Below, in pieces: positions 15,761 to 29,199 of a stretch of DNA of 64,000 nt; position 1 is the first letter of the stretch, and every line of letters starts with the position of its first letter. Under the pieces are notes generated by a model. It had not been told where the DNA came from and did not search any database. It saw only the letters and a program-made list of their open reading frames with translations. The position numbers were made by a program, and so were the translations under genes. Source of the stretch: Eledone cirrhosa (taxonomy: Eukaryota). The stretch is from assembly GCA_964016885.1 (NCBI GenBank), contig OZ024742.1:335792001-335856000 (forward strand), written 5' to 3'.

Positions 15761-16150
15761 CACGTTCACAGACACATTCATGACTGTATCAACAGCTCAA
15801 CGGTTGTCCTGCATTCAATTCAACCACCAGCGCTCAATTTACAACAATTCTTGGTTCATTGCCCAGAACACCTGTCTTTTCCGTCACTTCTACAACAACA
15901 GTATATTCACTGCATACGCCCGTGATACTCTGGTGATCGCAACGACTCCAGTAATCCCCGAGAAGATGTCCTTGCACGTAAATCCACACTTAATATTCCC
16001 CCACATACGTATCGTTATCTTTCGCCCTCCTTCGTTTCCCCGCATTTTCTTGTCATCCATGTCCATGTATGTTGTGAAATAATACATTAGCCATCAAAAC
16101 TATGGCTATTTACATATTACATTCATTGGCATATTAATATTCAAATAACC

Positions 16151-16478
16151 CAGAGGTTCTCAAAGTGGGCGCTACCGCCCTCGTGGGGCATTGAGAAGGT
16201 CCAGGGGAGGGAGGGAGCTGCTGGGGCCTAAGGAGGCAGGAGAGGGGGTGCTAGAGATGATATAATAGTATATTAAATGTAAAATCATACATATTATATA
16301 TAAATATAGCAAAATAAAAATTATATAAAATTTATTTATACATAGTATATATTATATATAAATTAACGATTTAATTTATTATTTATTATTACAATTTGCG
16401 TGTAGGCGGATCTCTCTGGAAATAGGGGTGGGGTGGCGCTGAGGGTATTACGTGGCCCAAAATGTTTGAGAACCTCTG
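16151..16478. mobile_element. hAT (Charlie-like) MITE
   Basis: TIRs cagaggttctcaaa / tttgagaacctctg; 8-bp TSD aaataacc / aaataact. Confidence 0.85.
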
Positions 16479-16661
16479 AAATAACTAAACACACTATGAG
16501 GTCACGGTCGCATATAAAAGGCAAAGCAGAGACAGGATATTCACTCAGTCGATCGTAGATATTGATAACAGTATTTCGGCCACTGCTGACACCAGGTGAG
16601 TTAACTGACAGCCTGTTATATCTATCATCCCTTACACTCTCTAAAGCTTTCGTTCACGAAC

Positions 16662-16862
16662 CGGCAGAGCTTCGGACAACATGTTTTGCAGCATATAGTT
16701 ACAGCCCTTTACGTTCTGAGTTCAAATCCAGCTGAGGTTAGCTTTGCCTTTCATCCTTACGGTTTGGCAAAATAAAGCAACAGTAATGTATTGGGGTCGA
16801 TTTAATCGACTTTCCCCTGTCCCTAAATTGTTGGCCTTGTGTCTAAAGTAGAAATTATTATT
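16662..16862 (+). mobile_element. SINE family A
   Basis: B-box, central domain and tail present. Confidence 0.8.
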
Positions 16863-17670
16863 AGCCTATCTGCCTCACCTTTATACAAAATATCTACACA
16901 CATTCCCTTTTCAAAATTGAAGTGACAGTTTATATTAACAGGAATATCAAAATACTCAGTATAACCAGTAAATGGAGTATCTAATGAAAACAAAACACAC
17001 TACTAAAGGGAACAGAAAAGGGAGAAGAAAAAATAAAAGGAGAAAAAGAAAAAAGGATCAAGCGTTGAAAGAAAGGGAGAGGGAGAAGGACAGTCACTAC
17101 ATTCCATTATGAGCAATGCATCAGTCACGCCCCACGGACAAAATGGCAAAAGCGTTACCGCGGAGAATGGTCAGACACCCGCTGCAACAGCCCTCACCCT
17201 CACACCTCATGAGAGCTCCCTTCTAATGCAGGTCACTATCTTTCTGACTTTACGGAAGAAATCAGCAGAGCGGGGACCAAGGACGCCAGAGGTCAGCAGA
17301 GCGGGACCATGACGCTAGAGGTCTTCGCGGAGAACGGTGCAAAGAAAAAAAATTGTCGGTCAGACCCCGGTATTTAACTAACTTCCCCTCTTCCGCATTG
17401 CGAGCAGCGGAGCCTCGGTTTGTGGCCGAAGCAACAAGGCTGGAGGTGGAGAATGATTTGCTGCACGCCGCGTCACAAATTAGGGATTTTCCCTCTTCGA
17501 AAGAGAAGAGGGTTAATCTGTTGAAGCAATTGCTATCGCCACTGTTGAGGCCAGCCGGCTCTTATTGTGAAGAGAAATTTTCAACTTCGCCCCATGAAAT
17601 ATTGTGAATGATAAACTTCTATGATGACATAGGAGGAAGGTGAGCCTCTTCATAAGCTTCAATCTTTATG

Positions 17671-17874
17671 TACGAGGGTCGGCAGAAAGTACGTAAACTG
17701 AATAGTTCATAGGCAGATCAAGATCCTCTCATGAGGTTTATTTTTCAACATCGTCTCTGGAAAGAAACAATGCAGTTATTAATAAGAAGAGTTGAAATTA
17801 ATGCACGCTGGATTTCCCAGCTCTAACACCAAACCTTCATAGTCAGCCTATGACCTTTTCGGTCCACCCTCGTA
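17671..17874. mobile_element. Mariner-derived MITE
   Basis: Ends TAcgaggg...ccctcgTA with TA TSD. Confidence 0.75.
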
Positions 17875-18009
17875 TGTGTCTATGCTAGAACTTATTTTGA
17901 CCAAAAGAGGTCAGCAAGGAAGATTGAAGTTATGCCAATTTTGCCACGAGCACAGCGACGACACGGTATTGATATCAAATCATGAATTAATAATGCCCGA
18001 GCGCGCACA

Positions 18010-18675
18010 GTGATGATGGATCCTTCCATAGTTTCAACGACGAGTATTCAGGTGTTCGGTCAAAATGGTTAAGCACTCGACAAATTTCTATATGAAATTC
18101 TCATATAGAATCAGCGTGACACAATATGTGGCAAGGCCGGACCTTAAATTACAGGTACAGGGCACCCGACGAGCATCCATGTAGTTTGCATTTAGCCAAT
18201 TTTACTCATAAGTCTTTTATTGACCCGTGGCTACGGTAAAAACACTTGCTCAAGCTGGCAGGCAGACGGATCAAACCCAAGAGATCATGATTGTGAAACG
18301 AACCTTTTAATTACTCAGCCGTGCTTACATTCTACGGTTGTACACTTATGTTGTAGTTGTGGGACCTTTGATGGTTTTGAGGACGAGTGTTCCAGTTGTT
18401 TGATCAACGGAACAGTCTACTTATGCGCAACTGGCTAAATATTCCACAAACAGATCTACCTTTAATTTAATTTTCTGGGAGATTTAGCGTGAGGAAGTGT
18501 TTGGTAAGACTGGCCTTTTAATTACATGTCCAACCCCTCCTCCTCCAACTGAGTGGACAGGAGCAGCTTGAAATATAGTGCCACACTCAAGGATTCAACG
18601 TAGCGCCGGGAATTGAAATCACCACCTTACGACCGTGAGCCAAGCACCTCAGCCACAAAACCACCCACCTTCACC
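18010..18675 (-). mobile_element. Cluster of SINE fragments (families B, C, B)
   Basis: Similarity to other copies in the window. Confidence 0.65.
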
Positions 18676-19208
18676 ATGCAGTAGTGTTAATCCAATAAGA
18701 ATCAACACAACGTTACAAAGCATACATGTAAACAAAAGAAAGTAGAGACTGAAACTTCTGCATGGTGCTAATTAGCAGGAAGGTGCAACTAGATTAAGAA
18801 AGTACCCTAACCATTAAAGCACAGATGTTCAGTTTATAACAGTAAGAGTTTCGATACTGTGTCTGTCATAGCAGTCAACTCTGGTCTCTGACGATTCATT
18901 ATGCAGAACAAACTGTGACCATCGATCGCTCGAAGCAGTAGAATGGTGACGCAACAACCACTCTGCGAGAGGTTTTAGTCGCAATGCAGTGGAGTTGTTT
19001 AATTTCGTACTGTTGTTCTGTGTGGCTAGTAAAACTAGTAGATCTACTTTAGTGAAAAATAATAATAATAAAAATAATTGTAGTACAATCGACTTCTGGG
19101 GTTGTGCGGGGAAGGGAATCACGTGAGAATATGTTAACTAGAAACAAACAGACAAATAAATACACAAAGTAAAAACATAAACACAATACAAACAAAATAG
19201 CTACTGCG

Positions 19209-19289
<81 letters not shown>

Positions 19290-19451
19290 ACACTTTTCTA
19301 CTTAGAAAATAAATTCCTATACTTTACCTACCAGTACTGAGTAGGCATTCAGTTAATATCTGAATGTTTTAAAATCGAGGTATTCTGAATGCACATTCTA
19401 TTATACATACATACATACATACATACATACATACATACATACATACATACA

Positions 19452-19483
<32 letters not shown>

Positions 19484-19508
19484 ATATTTATAATATATAA
19501 TATATATA

Positions 19509-19586
<78 letters not shown>

Positions 19587-20160
19587 GAGTTATATGGTTT
19601 GTTGATTATTCAACAAAGATATATATATATATATATAACTGTTACTTTTTGTTTGTTAGGGAAGTAAAGACAGTTTGATCGAACACAAAACTAACCAATA
19701 CTAAACAGTTCTGCGAGATTTTAACTCACAACTTAAAGGTCTAGTCTTCTCAAATGAAACGCAAGGATTAGTCAATTAGTCACGTGACAGCCAAGATCTA
19801 AATCAACGACAACGACGACGACGTCGACGTCGACGAAAACGGTGCATTATGTATAAATTTGATGTCGCTGACGTCTTAAACTTAGACTTAAGTATTTTAC
19901 TGCATCGACTATTTGTTTATAACGCAATATTTACCGAGTGATAAATATGGTATGAGGTAATAAATAACATACATAAACCAACAGATAGTGGCAATTACAC
20001 GCACACACACACACACATGCACACACATACACGCACAAACATACACACACACTCACTGTGCACATATGTACATAGATACATAGGCAAACAGATATATACA
20101 TACACTTGCATACATGCATATATATATGTGGTTAACTTTGGGATAAATGTATATGTATTA

Positions 20161-20204
<44 letters not shown>

Positions 20205-20237
20205 TGTGTTGTCTTAAGATACATTGGGAAATATAAT

Positions 20238-20398
20238 ATAGGTAAAATTCCGTCATAAGGAATTTTTCAGTATAACGAAATTTTTCCAATCCCTGGCCAC
20301 ACGCTGGATGTGTTAAGTCGATCTCGTTATAAAGAGTTTTCGTTACAACGAATTTTTTTAATACCCCGTGAATTTCGTTATAACGAAATTTAACTATA
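20238..20398. mobile_element. Tigger/pogo-like MITE
   Basis: Imperfect TIRs with repeated ttcgttataacgaa subterminal motifs; TA flanks. Confidence 0.6.
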
Positions 20399-20412
20399 TA
20401 TATATATATACA

Positions 20413-20488
<76 letters not shown>

Positions 20489-20848
20489 TGTGTATGTGTG
20501 TACGTGTGTATTAATTTGATTAAAATAACAATTAATTAATTAATTAATTTCCCCATCTTCAATATATGAATATACTCGGTACTGGTATACCCTTTTTTGG
20601 GCTTTGCAGATTTGAGAAGAATAAAACGCCAAACCAATTTTCTTGTCTAATCTTTTAAAATAGAAACACACATATATGAGTGTGAACTAGATTACTTTCC
20701 CTTAATCAATTATTTTAACGACTTACTGACAGTAAGATTGTAATTAACATATATTTATACTTTTTCTTAATGTATTTTTCGTAATTCAATTTTCTTCACT
20801 TTGAACCAAACTTTCATTACTTTTTATGAATTTGTATCTTCTTCTTCG

Positions 20849-21290
20849 CCCAATTATTCCTGAGAGGGTCGTGGGAGCAGAGTCCTCAAACACTCCTTCC
20901 AGCAGGTCCTGTCAGAAGCAACCGTTTCCAACTGATCCGACTGGATCCTCAAGAGTGACCAGCCAAGTACATGGATGTTATCCAACCATCTTGTTCGGGG
21001 TCTACCCCTGGGTTTCCTGCCGGTTGGTTTTTGCTCATAAAATCTGTCCAGTGATTCTTTCCTGAGACATTCTAACCACATGTCCACAGTATCGGAACTG
21101 TGATCTCTCAATTTGGAGAAGTAGCAGCTCTACCTGGCGTGACTCTCTGATCTCCGAGCTATGCACTTTATCGAGTAACGTTACTCAAAAGATCCTTCGT
21201 AGGAATCCCATTTCGGCCGCTTGTATTCACGATCGTATTCTTTCAGTCATTACTCAAGATCCATGACCATAGGTAAGGGTGGGCGCGATT
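20849..21290 (-). pseudogene. RTE-clade LINE 3' fragment
   Basis: PTLTYGH, IQAAEMGFLRRI, KPTGRKPRGRPRTRWLDNI, VASDRTCW; short (AAG)n tail. Confidence 0.85.
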
Positions 21291-21631
21291 ACCGAATTGA
21301 AGACGCAAGTAGGCGTAAAAGCCAACACATTTTTATAACTTTTTATAATCCTCTTGACCTCCATAGTACTCATCTCCTTCAATCTGACTTTCTTCCCCGT
21401 CACTAGGATCTAACGGAACCAGGCCATAGAAATATAGAGAGCTTTTTTTGCAACAATAAAACTTTAACAGGATATCACAAGTCCGGCTTCCTGTTATTTT
21501 GATAAAATCAATAATTAACTCCGATCTTGCACTAGCCACGGGATTCAATATCAACGATGGATGAACTGCATAACGTAGATTGCTTTTCCTACTATTACCT
21601 ATTACCAGTTCTATCCATTGGTGAACCACGA

Positions 21632-21671
<40 letters not shown>

Positions 21672-21711
21672 ATATATTAATAAATGGAAACTATATTTAT
21701 AAAACCATATT

Positions 21712-21777
21712 TATTTTATTATACATATTTCAAGGGCAACCAAGGCAAATTATGGTGCGCTTTCATCAGATAAAATA
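21712..21777 (-). ncRNA. Type I hammerhead ribozyme
   Basis: tattttat CTGATGA aag.gca.cca..tgg.tgc.ctt GAAA tatgta TA ataaaata. Perfect 8-bp stem I; lies between (TA)n tracts. Confidence 0.75.
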
Positions 21778-22004
21778 CAGATTTGCTTTATAAATAAATA
21801 TTGACATACCCGGAAAAAAAGACAACCTTAACGGTTGGAGCTTCCTGGATGGTTGAGTGCTTTATATCAGTTATAAAATTTGTTTAAGCTTGTTGAATCC
21901 CAACAAATTAAATATTACCTCTGCATATATATATATATATATATATATATCAAGGGCGGTGCCCAAGCATGGCCTCAGCCGGATGGCTAAAACAGATAAA
22001 AGAG

Positions 22005-22060
<56 letters not shown>

Positions 22061-22354
22061 CGAAGGAGGTGTGGTAAGGAACCAGATGAACCATAACGCA
22101 TCAGAGTACTCATTACTTAGGGTAGTAGAGTAGGTAATAGGAAAATGTTTATATTTATATATATATATATGTAGATAAATCTACCAAAATGTACGGTAGT
22201 GTCCAATCCGTATGAAGAACTCAATGTAATCCAAATATCATGAAAATAGATGTATTCAAAATTTTTTCGATGAAAAACACAGGAAAACAGAGTCAAGATA
22301 AATTAATAAAAATAATGAATAAAAACAAAGAAACAGTTCCTTATATTAAAAAAT

Positions 22355-22492
22355 TCATCATTTTACGATCGTTTCTAGGATATATATGTGTGTGTTGGTA
22401 TGTATATCATATAGATCTATGTAAAAGTTTTACAAACTATCAGAGGGAATATACATACCTACACATATATATGCTGTCTTCAGAAATAATGA
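22355..22492 (-). ncRNA. Type I hammerhead with extended stem II (left-arm copy)
   Basis: Reverse complement of 22842-22979. Confidence 0.65.
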
Positions 22493-22841
22493 TATTTGTT
22501 TATTGAAAAAACCCAAAAAGATTTAATATAATAGGTCTGTTTGGGAACAGGTTTTGAATTGACCAATAGAAAAGTAGGAAGTGGTCAAGTTGATAGAATA
22601 GTAGTAGTAGAAATTTAATTTAGGGGTAGAGGAATGCAGACTTCAGTTTTGAATGGAAAGAGTATTTTGATTCTTTCCATTCAAAACTGAAGTCTGCATT
22701 CCTCTACCCCTAAATTAAATTTCTACTACTACTATTCTATCAACTTGACCTCTTACTACTTTTCTATTGGTCAATTCAAAACCTGTTCCCAAACAGACCT
22801 ATTATATTAAATCTTTGTTGGTTTTTTTCAATAAACAAATA

Positions 22842-22979
22842 TCATTATTTCTGAAGACAGCATATATATGTGTAGGTATGTATATTCCCTCTGATAGTTT
22901 GTAAAACTTTTACATAGATCTATATGATATACATACCAACACACACATATATAGCCTAGAAACGATCGTAAAATGATGA
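22842..22979 (+). ncRNA. Type I hammerhead with an extended stem II of about 100 nt
   Basis: tcattattt CTGAAGA [tatatatgtgt..ggtatgtatat...atatacatacc..acacatatata] GAAA cgatcg TA aaatgatga. 9-bp stem I, palindromic stem III. Confidence 0.7.
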
Positions 22980-23287
22980 ATTTTTTAATATAAGGAACTG
23001 TTTCTCTGTTCTTATCATTATTTTTATTAATTTATATATATATATATATATAGTAACTGCACGTCACACTCCGTATATATATATGATCAATTCAACACAT
23101 ATATCCTTACAAGTGGGTAGGAGGGTCTCCCTCCAATCAACTAATCTACATTGTCACACTATAACATCCAGGGAGGTACGACCGCTGGGTAAGTCCCAAG
23201 TAATTTCCAGCAGTGTAGATCTGCACATTTCAGTTCTGGAAACAGTTATATTACATTGGTAGGTTTGGATTGTTTATTCTAGGAAAT

Positions 23288-23474
23288 AATTGTTTCTACT
23301 TTAGGCACAAGGCCAGCAATTACCCAGTGCATTACTTGTACTTTATTTTATCGACCCCGTAAGGATGAAAGGCAAAGTCAACCTCGGCGGGATTTGAACT
23401 CAGATCGTAAAGGGACGTAACTATGCTGGAAAGCATGGCGTCCGACCCTCTACTGATACTGCCAATCCACCGCC
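23288..23474 (-). mobile_element. SINE family A
   Basis: Very similar to 1932-2117. Confidence 0.85.
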
Positions 23475-23705
23475 ATTCTAGGAAATAATAAATGTTTTTA
23501 ACGAACGTTGAATCCAACATTTTTCACGAATTTCTCTGTTATACATGGTTTTCTTGCTCCAGCATACGTGCCTAACTATAATAATGAAAAACAATATTGG
23601 CCAATAATCAAAACTAATTAATCTGCAAAAGCAACTGATACCGATTAATCAGCAAAATGGCCGATACCGATTACTCAGTCAACCCTCATCTCTCGTCCCA
23701 CTCTC

Positions 23706-23743
<38 letters not shown>

Positions 23744-23764
23744 CAAATATATATATATATATAA

Positions 23765-24100
23765 GTAAAACAAATTGAAAATGCAACTGGAGTCTTTTAA
23801 GAATATTTATTTATTTACTTTACCGGTTTCACAGTCCTTATGCTTTTCAAAAGTAAAATTGTGTATCTGTTGTGGTTTGTCTCGCATCTGTGGCTTGCGA
23901 GACAAACCATAACAGAAACACAAACCCTCCATCTCAATTTTACTTTTGAAAAGTATAAGAACTGTGAAACCGATAACGTAAATAAATAAATATTCTTAAA
24001 AGACTCCAGCTGCATTTTCAATTTCTTTCCCCTATACTTTTACCCATGTAGGGCATCTGGTTTTTTTCTTTTGTTTTTTTTAAATAAAAAAACTAATTTT

Positions 24101-24105
<5 letters not shown>
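23765..24105. mobile_element. Foldback non-autonomous element (inverted arms 23773-24023) with variant HHRs
   Basis: gaaaatgcaactggagtc...gactccagctgcattttc. Same family as 48645-48995; (TA)n flanks. Confidence 0.8.
23813..23858 (-). ncRNA. Type I hammerhead, U3-A8 variant core
   Basis: tttactt TTGAAAA gca-taaggac-tgt GAAA ccgg TA aagtaaa. A decayed mirror copy lies at 23938-23983 (+). Confidence 0.7.
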
Positions 24106-24194
<89 letters not shown>

Positions 24195-24714
24195 TCACAA
24201 ACATACTTTTCGTGAAGAAACTAAATATTTATTCCGTCCGTAAAACAATATGTAATGTACTAGTAAAATCAATACAGATTCCGTAGTTAGGAATTCTCTT
24301 TTTTCTTTCATCCTTTCTTTCATCATCTCTTTCTTTCTCTCTTTCTTTCTCTCTTTCTTTCTCTCTTTCTTTCTCCAAGTGCTTCTACCGGGAAGACGTC
24401 GCAGGTAAATGAAGCTGGCGACATGCAGCAAGGCGTGAGGCCTGCTGTAGAATCATGTTGTAGGTACAGAGTGTGTTTGCGACTCCATCACTCCACCTCC
24501 AGCGTGGCTTTTATTTTGTTCAGAATCCTGCAATCTTGATGTTATAAGATAAACCACTTCAGGAAAACATTACTCGATAGACAGTTACCCAATAACACTG
24601 ATTGGTAACAGAATAGGAAGTGCAAAAGAGATAAATATTCGGGAATTGCAAAGGACAAAAGATTTTTCAGATACACTCAATGATTTGATTTTACCAATTC
24701 ACCACCTTAATAAT

Positions 24715-25085
24715 AATTCTTTCTATCATTGGCACAAGACTAGCGTTTTGAGGAAAGGAAAAAGTCGATTTCATCGACCTCAATACTTAACTTGTACTTA
24801 ATTTTATCGAACCTGGAAGGATGAAAGTTAAAGTTAATCTCGGTGGGATTTGAACACAGAACATAGAAAGTCGTAACTAAATACCGCAAGGCATTTTGTC
24901 CGACGCTCTAGCAATTATGCCAACCTAATCCACCACTAATGGTTTCGAATTTAGACACAAGGTCAACAATTTTGGGGAAAAGAGGGCCAATTATATCGAT
25001 TCCAGTACTTGACTGGTGCCCTATTTTATCGATACTTGAACGATGAAAAGCAAAGTTGACATTGGTGGGATATGAACTCAGAACT
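24715..25085 (-). mobile_element. Two tandem decayed SINE family A copies
   Basis: Central domain seen twice. Confidence 0.75.
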
Positions 25086-26344
25086 CAAGATGTTGTTGTT
25101 CTTGCTGTTCTCGTGCATCTCATTGTAGCTCTTCCTAGGTATACGCCATGTTTTTTTTTTATAATTGGGAGCGAAACTACAAAACAAACGCGACTTTAGC
25201 TCTTTAGGAACTAAAGATAAGGGGAAAACGACTGACTCCCTCGGAATTTGATTGCCTTAGACACTGATGTATCCAAATATTCGAAACAAAAACATTTTTA
25301 AAATAGATGAAAAACAACAAACTTACAGAGCGAAATCAGGTGTGGCGTTCAGAAAAAAAGTGTGATCGAGGTGGTAGGTGGTTGATTCAAGCCAATAGTT
25401 TTTTTACCACAACAAATAAATTGGGGCCATGAATTAGTAAAAACCCAAAGACATGCAAAAACAAAAACAAAAAAAGCAAAAACAAAACGAAAAACAAACT
25501 AAACATACAACCCTTCCATAAAAACAATAACAGCAAAAACAAATCCCCCCTACCCCCTGATAAAAGACCACCTGTCGTTTGGATTGGGAGAGTTTAATGT
25601 AAAACATTTCTACATCTCCCTCCGGTATTTAGAGGACATTATTTTTGAAGATAACATCTGAATTTCTACTATTCCAAATACCAGGCGTCCACGTAGTTTA
25701 ATGAATCTAGTAATAAATGTTATAGCATAATTAATGGTTGTTTCAGCAGACGATCTATAAAATATCTATCTGATAGTCCGGCAAATGTATGTTTTATTCA
25801 AATACATGCAGGGGGCTTCAAAATTTGATGACAAAATATAATAAAATAATTGGAATGATTCGTCCTCGTCTTCTTTTTCTTTCACTTTCTCTTCTTTTTG
25901 TTTTTCTTCTTTCTTAATCTCCCTCTTCTATCTTTAGTACACAATTAAGTAAACAAATAAGGAGGATTTATTAACGATTGAATTAATCACAGGTTGTGTT
26001 TGGTTCTATTTTCATCGATCTAGATCGATGCTGGAGCAACGATAAATAAAAAGATACATTTCAATCAAAGCGTTATTACTGTTCTCAGCTCTACAGTTTC
26101 TAAGATATATTTTCTTTACCAAAAAAGGAAATGAGCCGATCGCCAGACCAAACCACGTAAACTATTTCCATTGGGCTTTTTATTTGCCGTTCGCAACTTT
26201 TTGCAGAAAGAAACTGGATTTGAGGTCAGAATGTACTGAACCGAAGCAGATACATCAAAGCATACCGTTAGGCTCTTTAACAAATCTGCTATTCTACTGT
26301 TCTTAGATTGGTACTTTATACGCCGTCGTAAACATACTTATTCA

Positions 26345-26600
26345 TTTTAAACCTGGCTTAGTCCATACCTCTCCAGGTCTGAACACAACCAATTTCTTTC
26401 CGAGAAGGAGAAAGAGAGTGATATAGGAGAAGTGGGAAAGGGATATAGTAGAGGAATCGACCATAGTACTGAACTAGTACTTTGTTCGTTGTCCTCGAAA
26501 GGATAAAAGGCAAAGTTGAACTCGTCGGGATTTGAACACAGAGAGCAGTGAGCCGAAACAAATACTGACATTTAGTGACTCTACCAATTCTACCGCCTAA
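26345..26600 (-). mobile_element. SINE family A variant with alternative 3' tail
   Basis: Family A head and core, then tail aagaaattggttgtgttcagacctggagaggtatggactaagccaggtttaaaatg. Confidence 0.65.
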
Positions 26601-27109
26601 AAATTAAGAGTTTATAAATGATTGAATTAACCATAGGCCATCTCTGGTTGAATTTTAACCGATCCGCATGAATCTTAGAGCAATGGTAAAATATAACGAA
26701 GTTCACTACACCAGAGTTTCAACTAAAGAGATACATTTAAGCAACATTATTTCAAAGATATTTAAACTATTTAAAGAAATGTTATTTCAATACGGGAAAG
26801 TAGAGTTATCCAGGATTTAAAGAAAAATTATTGTAATCCACTGTCTCCTTGAAAGTAGAGTGAAACAATTCAAAGAAATACTATTTCATTACTGGACATA
26901 GCTTTATATAATATTCCTTTGAAAATAATAGTGAAGTAATCTGAGTGACAGGCTCAGCTGGCGTCAGCTGATAGTACCAGAAATGAGACCCTACTCAATG
27001 TAACGGAACTCACGCCCTTGACTTCGAAACGTTAGGTTAGTTTTCAGTCTGTTTTAAGAAGGGAACTTGCTTAATAAGAAATCACTATTTTAAGAATATG
27101 TTAAGACAG

Positions 27110-27410
27110 TAAATTGACAGAGTCGTTACAACGTTGGATAGAATGCTTCGCAATATTCCTTCCGCTCTGATTGTAGATACCACCGGGGTCAACTTTGCCA
27201 TTTATCCTTTCGAGGACAACAAATGAATTACCAGTCGAGTAATGGGGTTGATTCATCCTCTATATCTCTTTCCCACTTTCTCAGAAGAAATAGGCTATGC
27301 TCAGACTTTGGGAGGGTTGTGCTTAGTCAGGTTTTAAATGTCCAAGACACACCGTATGATTAAGACGGTGCACCTACGACACTGACAAAAGTTCAGGGCT
27401 CTTGGATGGA
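27110..27410 (+). mobile_element. SINE family A variant with alternative 3' tail
   Basis: Same head and tail as 26345; an isolated tail also lies at about 27920-28040. Confidence 0.6.
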
Positions 27411-27624
27411 TTTTAATATTAAACTACTTCTTGATTTAAATACAATATCAGATAGTTCAGAAATTAATGGAGACTTTTAAACAGTAATATATAAACGAAA
27501 TATCTCAGTCCAGAATAAATTTCATTGATCGAAATAAGAACCATTAGAATCTACACATTTTTGCCAACAAGCTACACGTTTATTTTTCTGGTAACATAGA
27601 ATTCTGAAGTTCTGGAGACGATAA

Positions 27625-27700
27625 ATTATTCGAAGGCATTTTTTGCGGTTGTTTGGTTGCAAGAAGTTGTCGAAATGCTTGAAAAAGTGATTGTTTGGTG
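27625..27700 (-). pseudogene. Mariner transposase fragment
   Basis: Minus strand resembles the PTDYHFFKHLDNFL motif. Confidence 0.5.
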
Positions 27701-28644
27701 TAAATTCTAATACAATATCATACGCTCCAAAACGAAAACATTAATACAATATGTAAATATGTATTTCATACTATATACATCTAGAGATCATGTCGCTAAC
27801 GAGGATATATATAGTGCAAATCCAAAGCAAGAATACCTACTCAACATGCTAATCTTTTAGTAATTCTCCTTAACCTCAACCATTTTTTATTTATTTTGTT
27901 CTCTTTCTTTCTCTTTCTCTGGAATTCAGACATATAGAAGGATGGACTTTGTCAGGTTTAAATACCCAAGACACGCCGTATGCCTTGATGGCGCCCCTAC
28001 AACACCCTCCAGAGTTAAGGACACATGGTTGAATGGATTTTCAAACAGATGTGTAAGTGAAATGAAATTTCTCAACTGAGTATCGAAAACTGCATGTCAG
28101 AATCGGCTTGACGCCAGCTTACTAGAATGGCTGATGACTAAATTTAGCTTCCGGATGGGTGTGTCCAATAGAAACATCGCTTTCCTTCTTTTTCTTCTTT
28201 TTCTTTTATGAATTTGCAAAAAATATTTTTAATGATAGTTCCAAAACGTTTGGTTAATAATTAGAACCAATTCTATTTATCTCAACTTCCATAACCATAT
28301 CCCCCCTCCCTCTTCTTCTTCTTCTTCTTCTTCTTCTTCTCAACCAGCGCCAGCACCAGCACCACCAGCTCCACCCCCGCCACCACTACCATCGCCACCA
28401 CCAATTTGAATTGATTAATAGCTATGTCACCGATGTATTAATTCTAGTTTCTCGAACAAAGAAAGACACAGTCTCCTCAATGGGACTCCTAATTCTCTCC
28501 GACAGTGTCTTTCATATAATTTCAAATAATTTCTCCATAGATTGGATGAAAAATAATTTTTCTTCAATCACGGTAGCTATTAAAGTGAATTATTATCATA
28601 TTATCATTATTGTTATTACCATGGCTAATAAATAAAATCATTTG

Positions 28645-28845
28645 GGTTGGCAGTATCGGTAGAGAGTCGAACGCCATACTTTGCAGCAAAGAGTTACGGC
28701 CCTTTATGATCTGAGTTCAAATCCCGCCGGGGTTAACTTTGCCTTTCATCCTTACGGGGTCGATAAAATAAAGTACCAGTAATACACTGAAATAATTGCC
28801 GCCCTTGTGCCAAAAGTAGAAATAATAATAATTATTATTATTATT
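28645..28845 (+). mobile_element. SINE family A
   Basis: A/B boxes, central domain, (ATT)n tail. Confidence 0.85.
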
Positions 28846-29199
28846 ATAGATATTTAAGCCTTTTTTTGAAGAATGTTTAGCTACAAGCTTAAAATCATTT
28901 AAAAAGGCCGCATAGTTAGCCAGTGGCTCTTTAGAGTAGTGGTGAGCACATTGACCCGCCATCCAAAAGATCCGTAGTTCGATTGCTTGCAGGTGTCTCC
29001 GACCACTTATTTCATCTCCAGGGATACTTTATCTGATTTTTCTCAACTATTATTTTTAACGCTTCATTATTATGATCATTTGCGTTGGGAAAACGCACAT
29101 TTAAATTTTCTACTTTTTCTAATGCTGTTTACACTCCTACCTACAGGCTTAACATCTAAAAAGACAGAATTGATGGTCAGCGGCAATTCTTGTAATATT

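Larger units (their letters stand above)
22298..23035. repeat. Long near-perfect inverted repeat (arms about 365 bp, loop about 8 nt at 22663-22670)
   Basis: Arms are reverse complements with few mismatches; (TA)n nearby on both sides. Confidence 0.95.

Noticed and set aside
15750-16087. ORFs on both strands with faint Helitron/Harbinger-like words
   Set aside because: Motifs too weak and in the wrong order
24370-24400. Possible micro-exon (pyrimidine tract, AAG, 25 nt, GTAAAT)
   Set aside because: The pyrimidine tract is a (TTTC)n microsatellite; no partner exons found
25260-28180. Hammerhead candidates at about 25264 (CTGATGT) and 28131 (CTGATGA); also 34850
   Set aside because: No consistent stems I-III around the core
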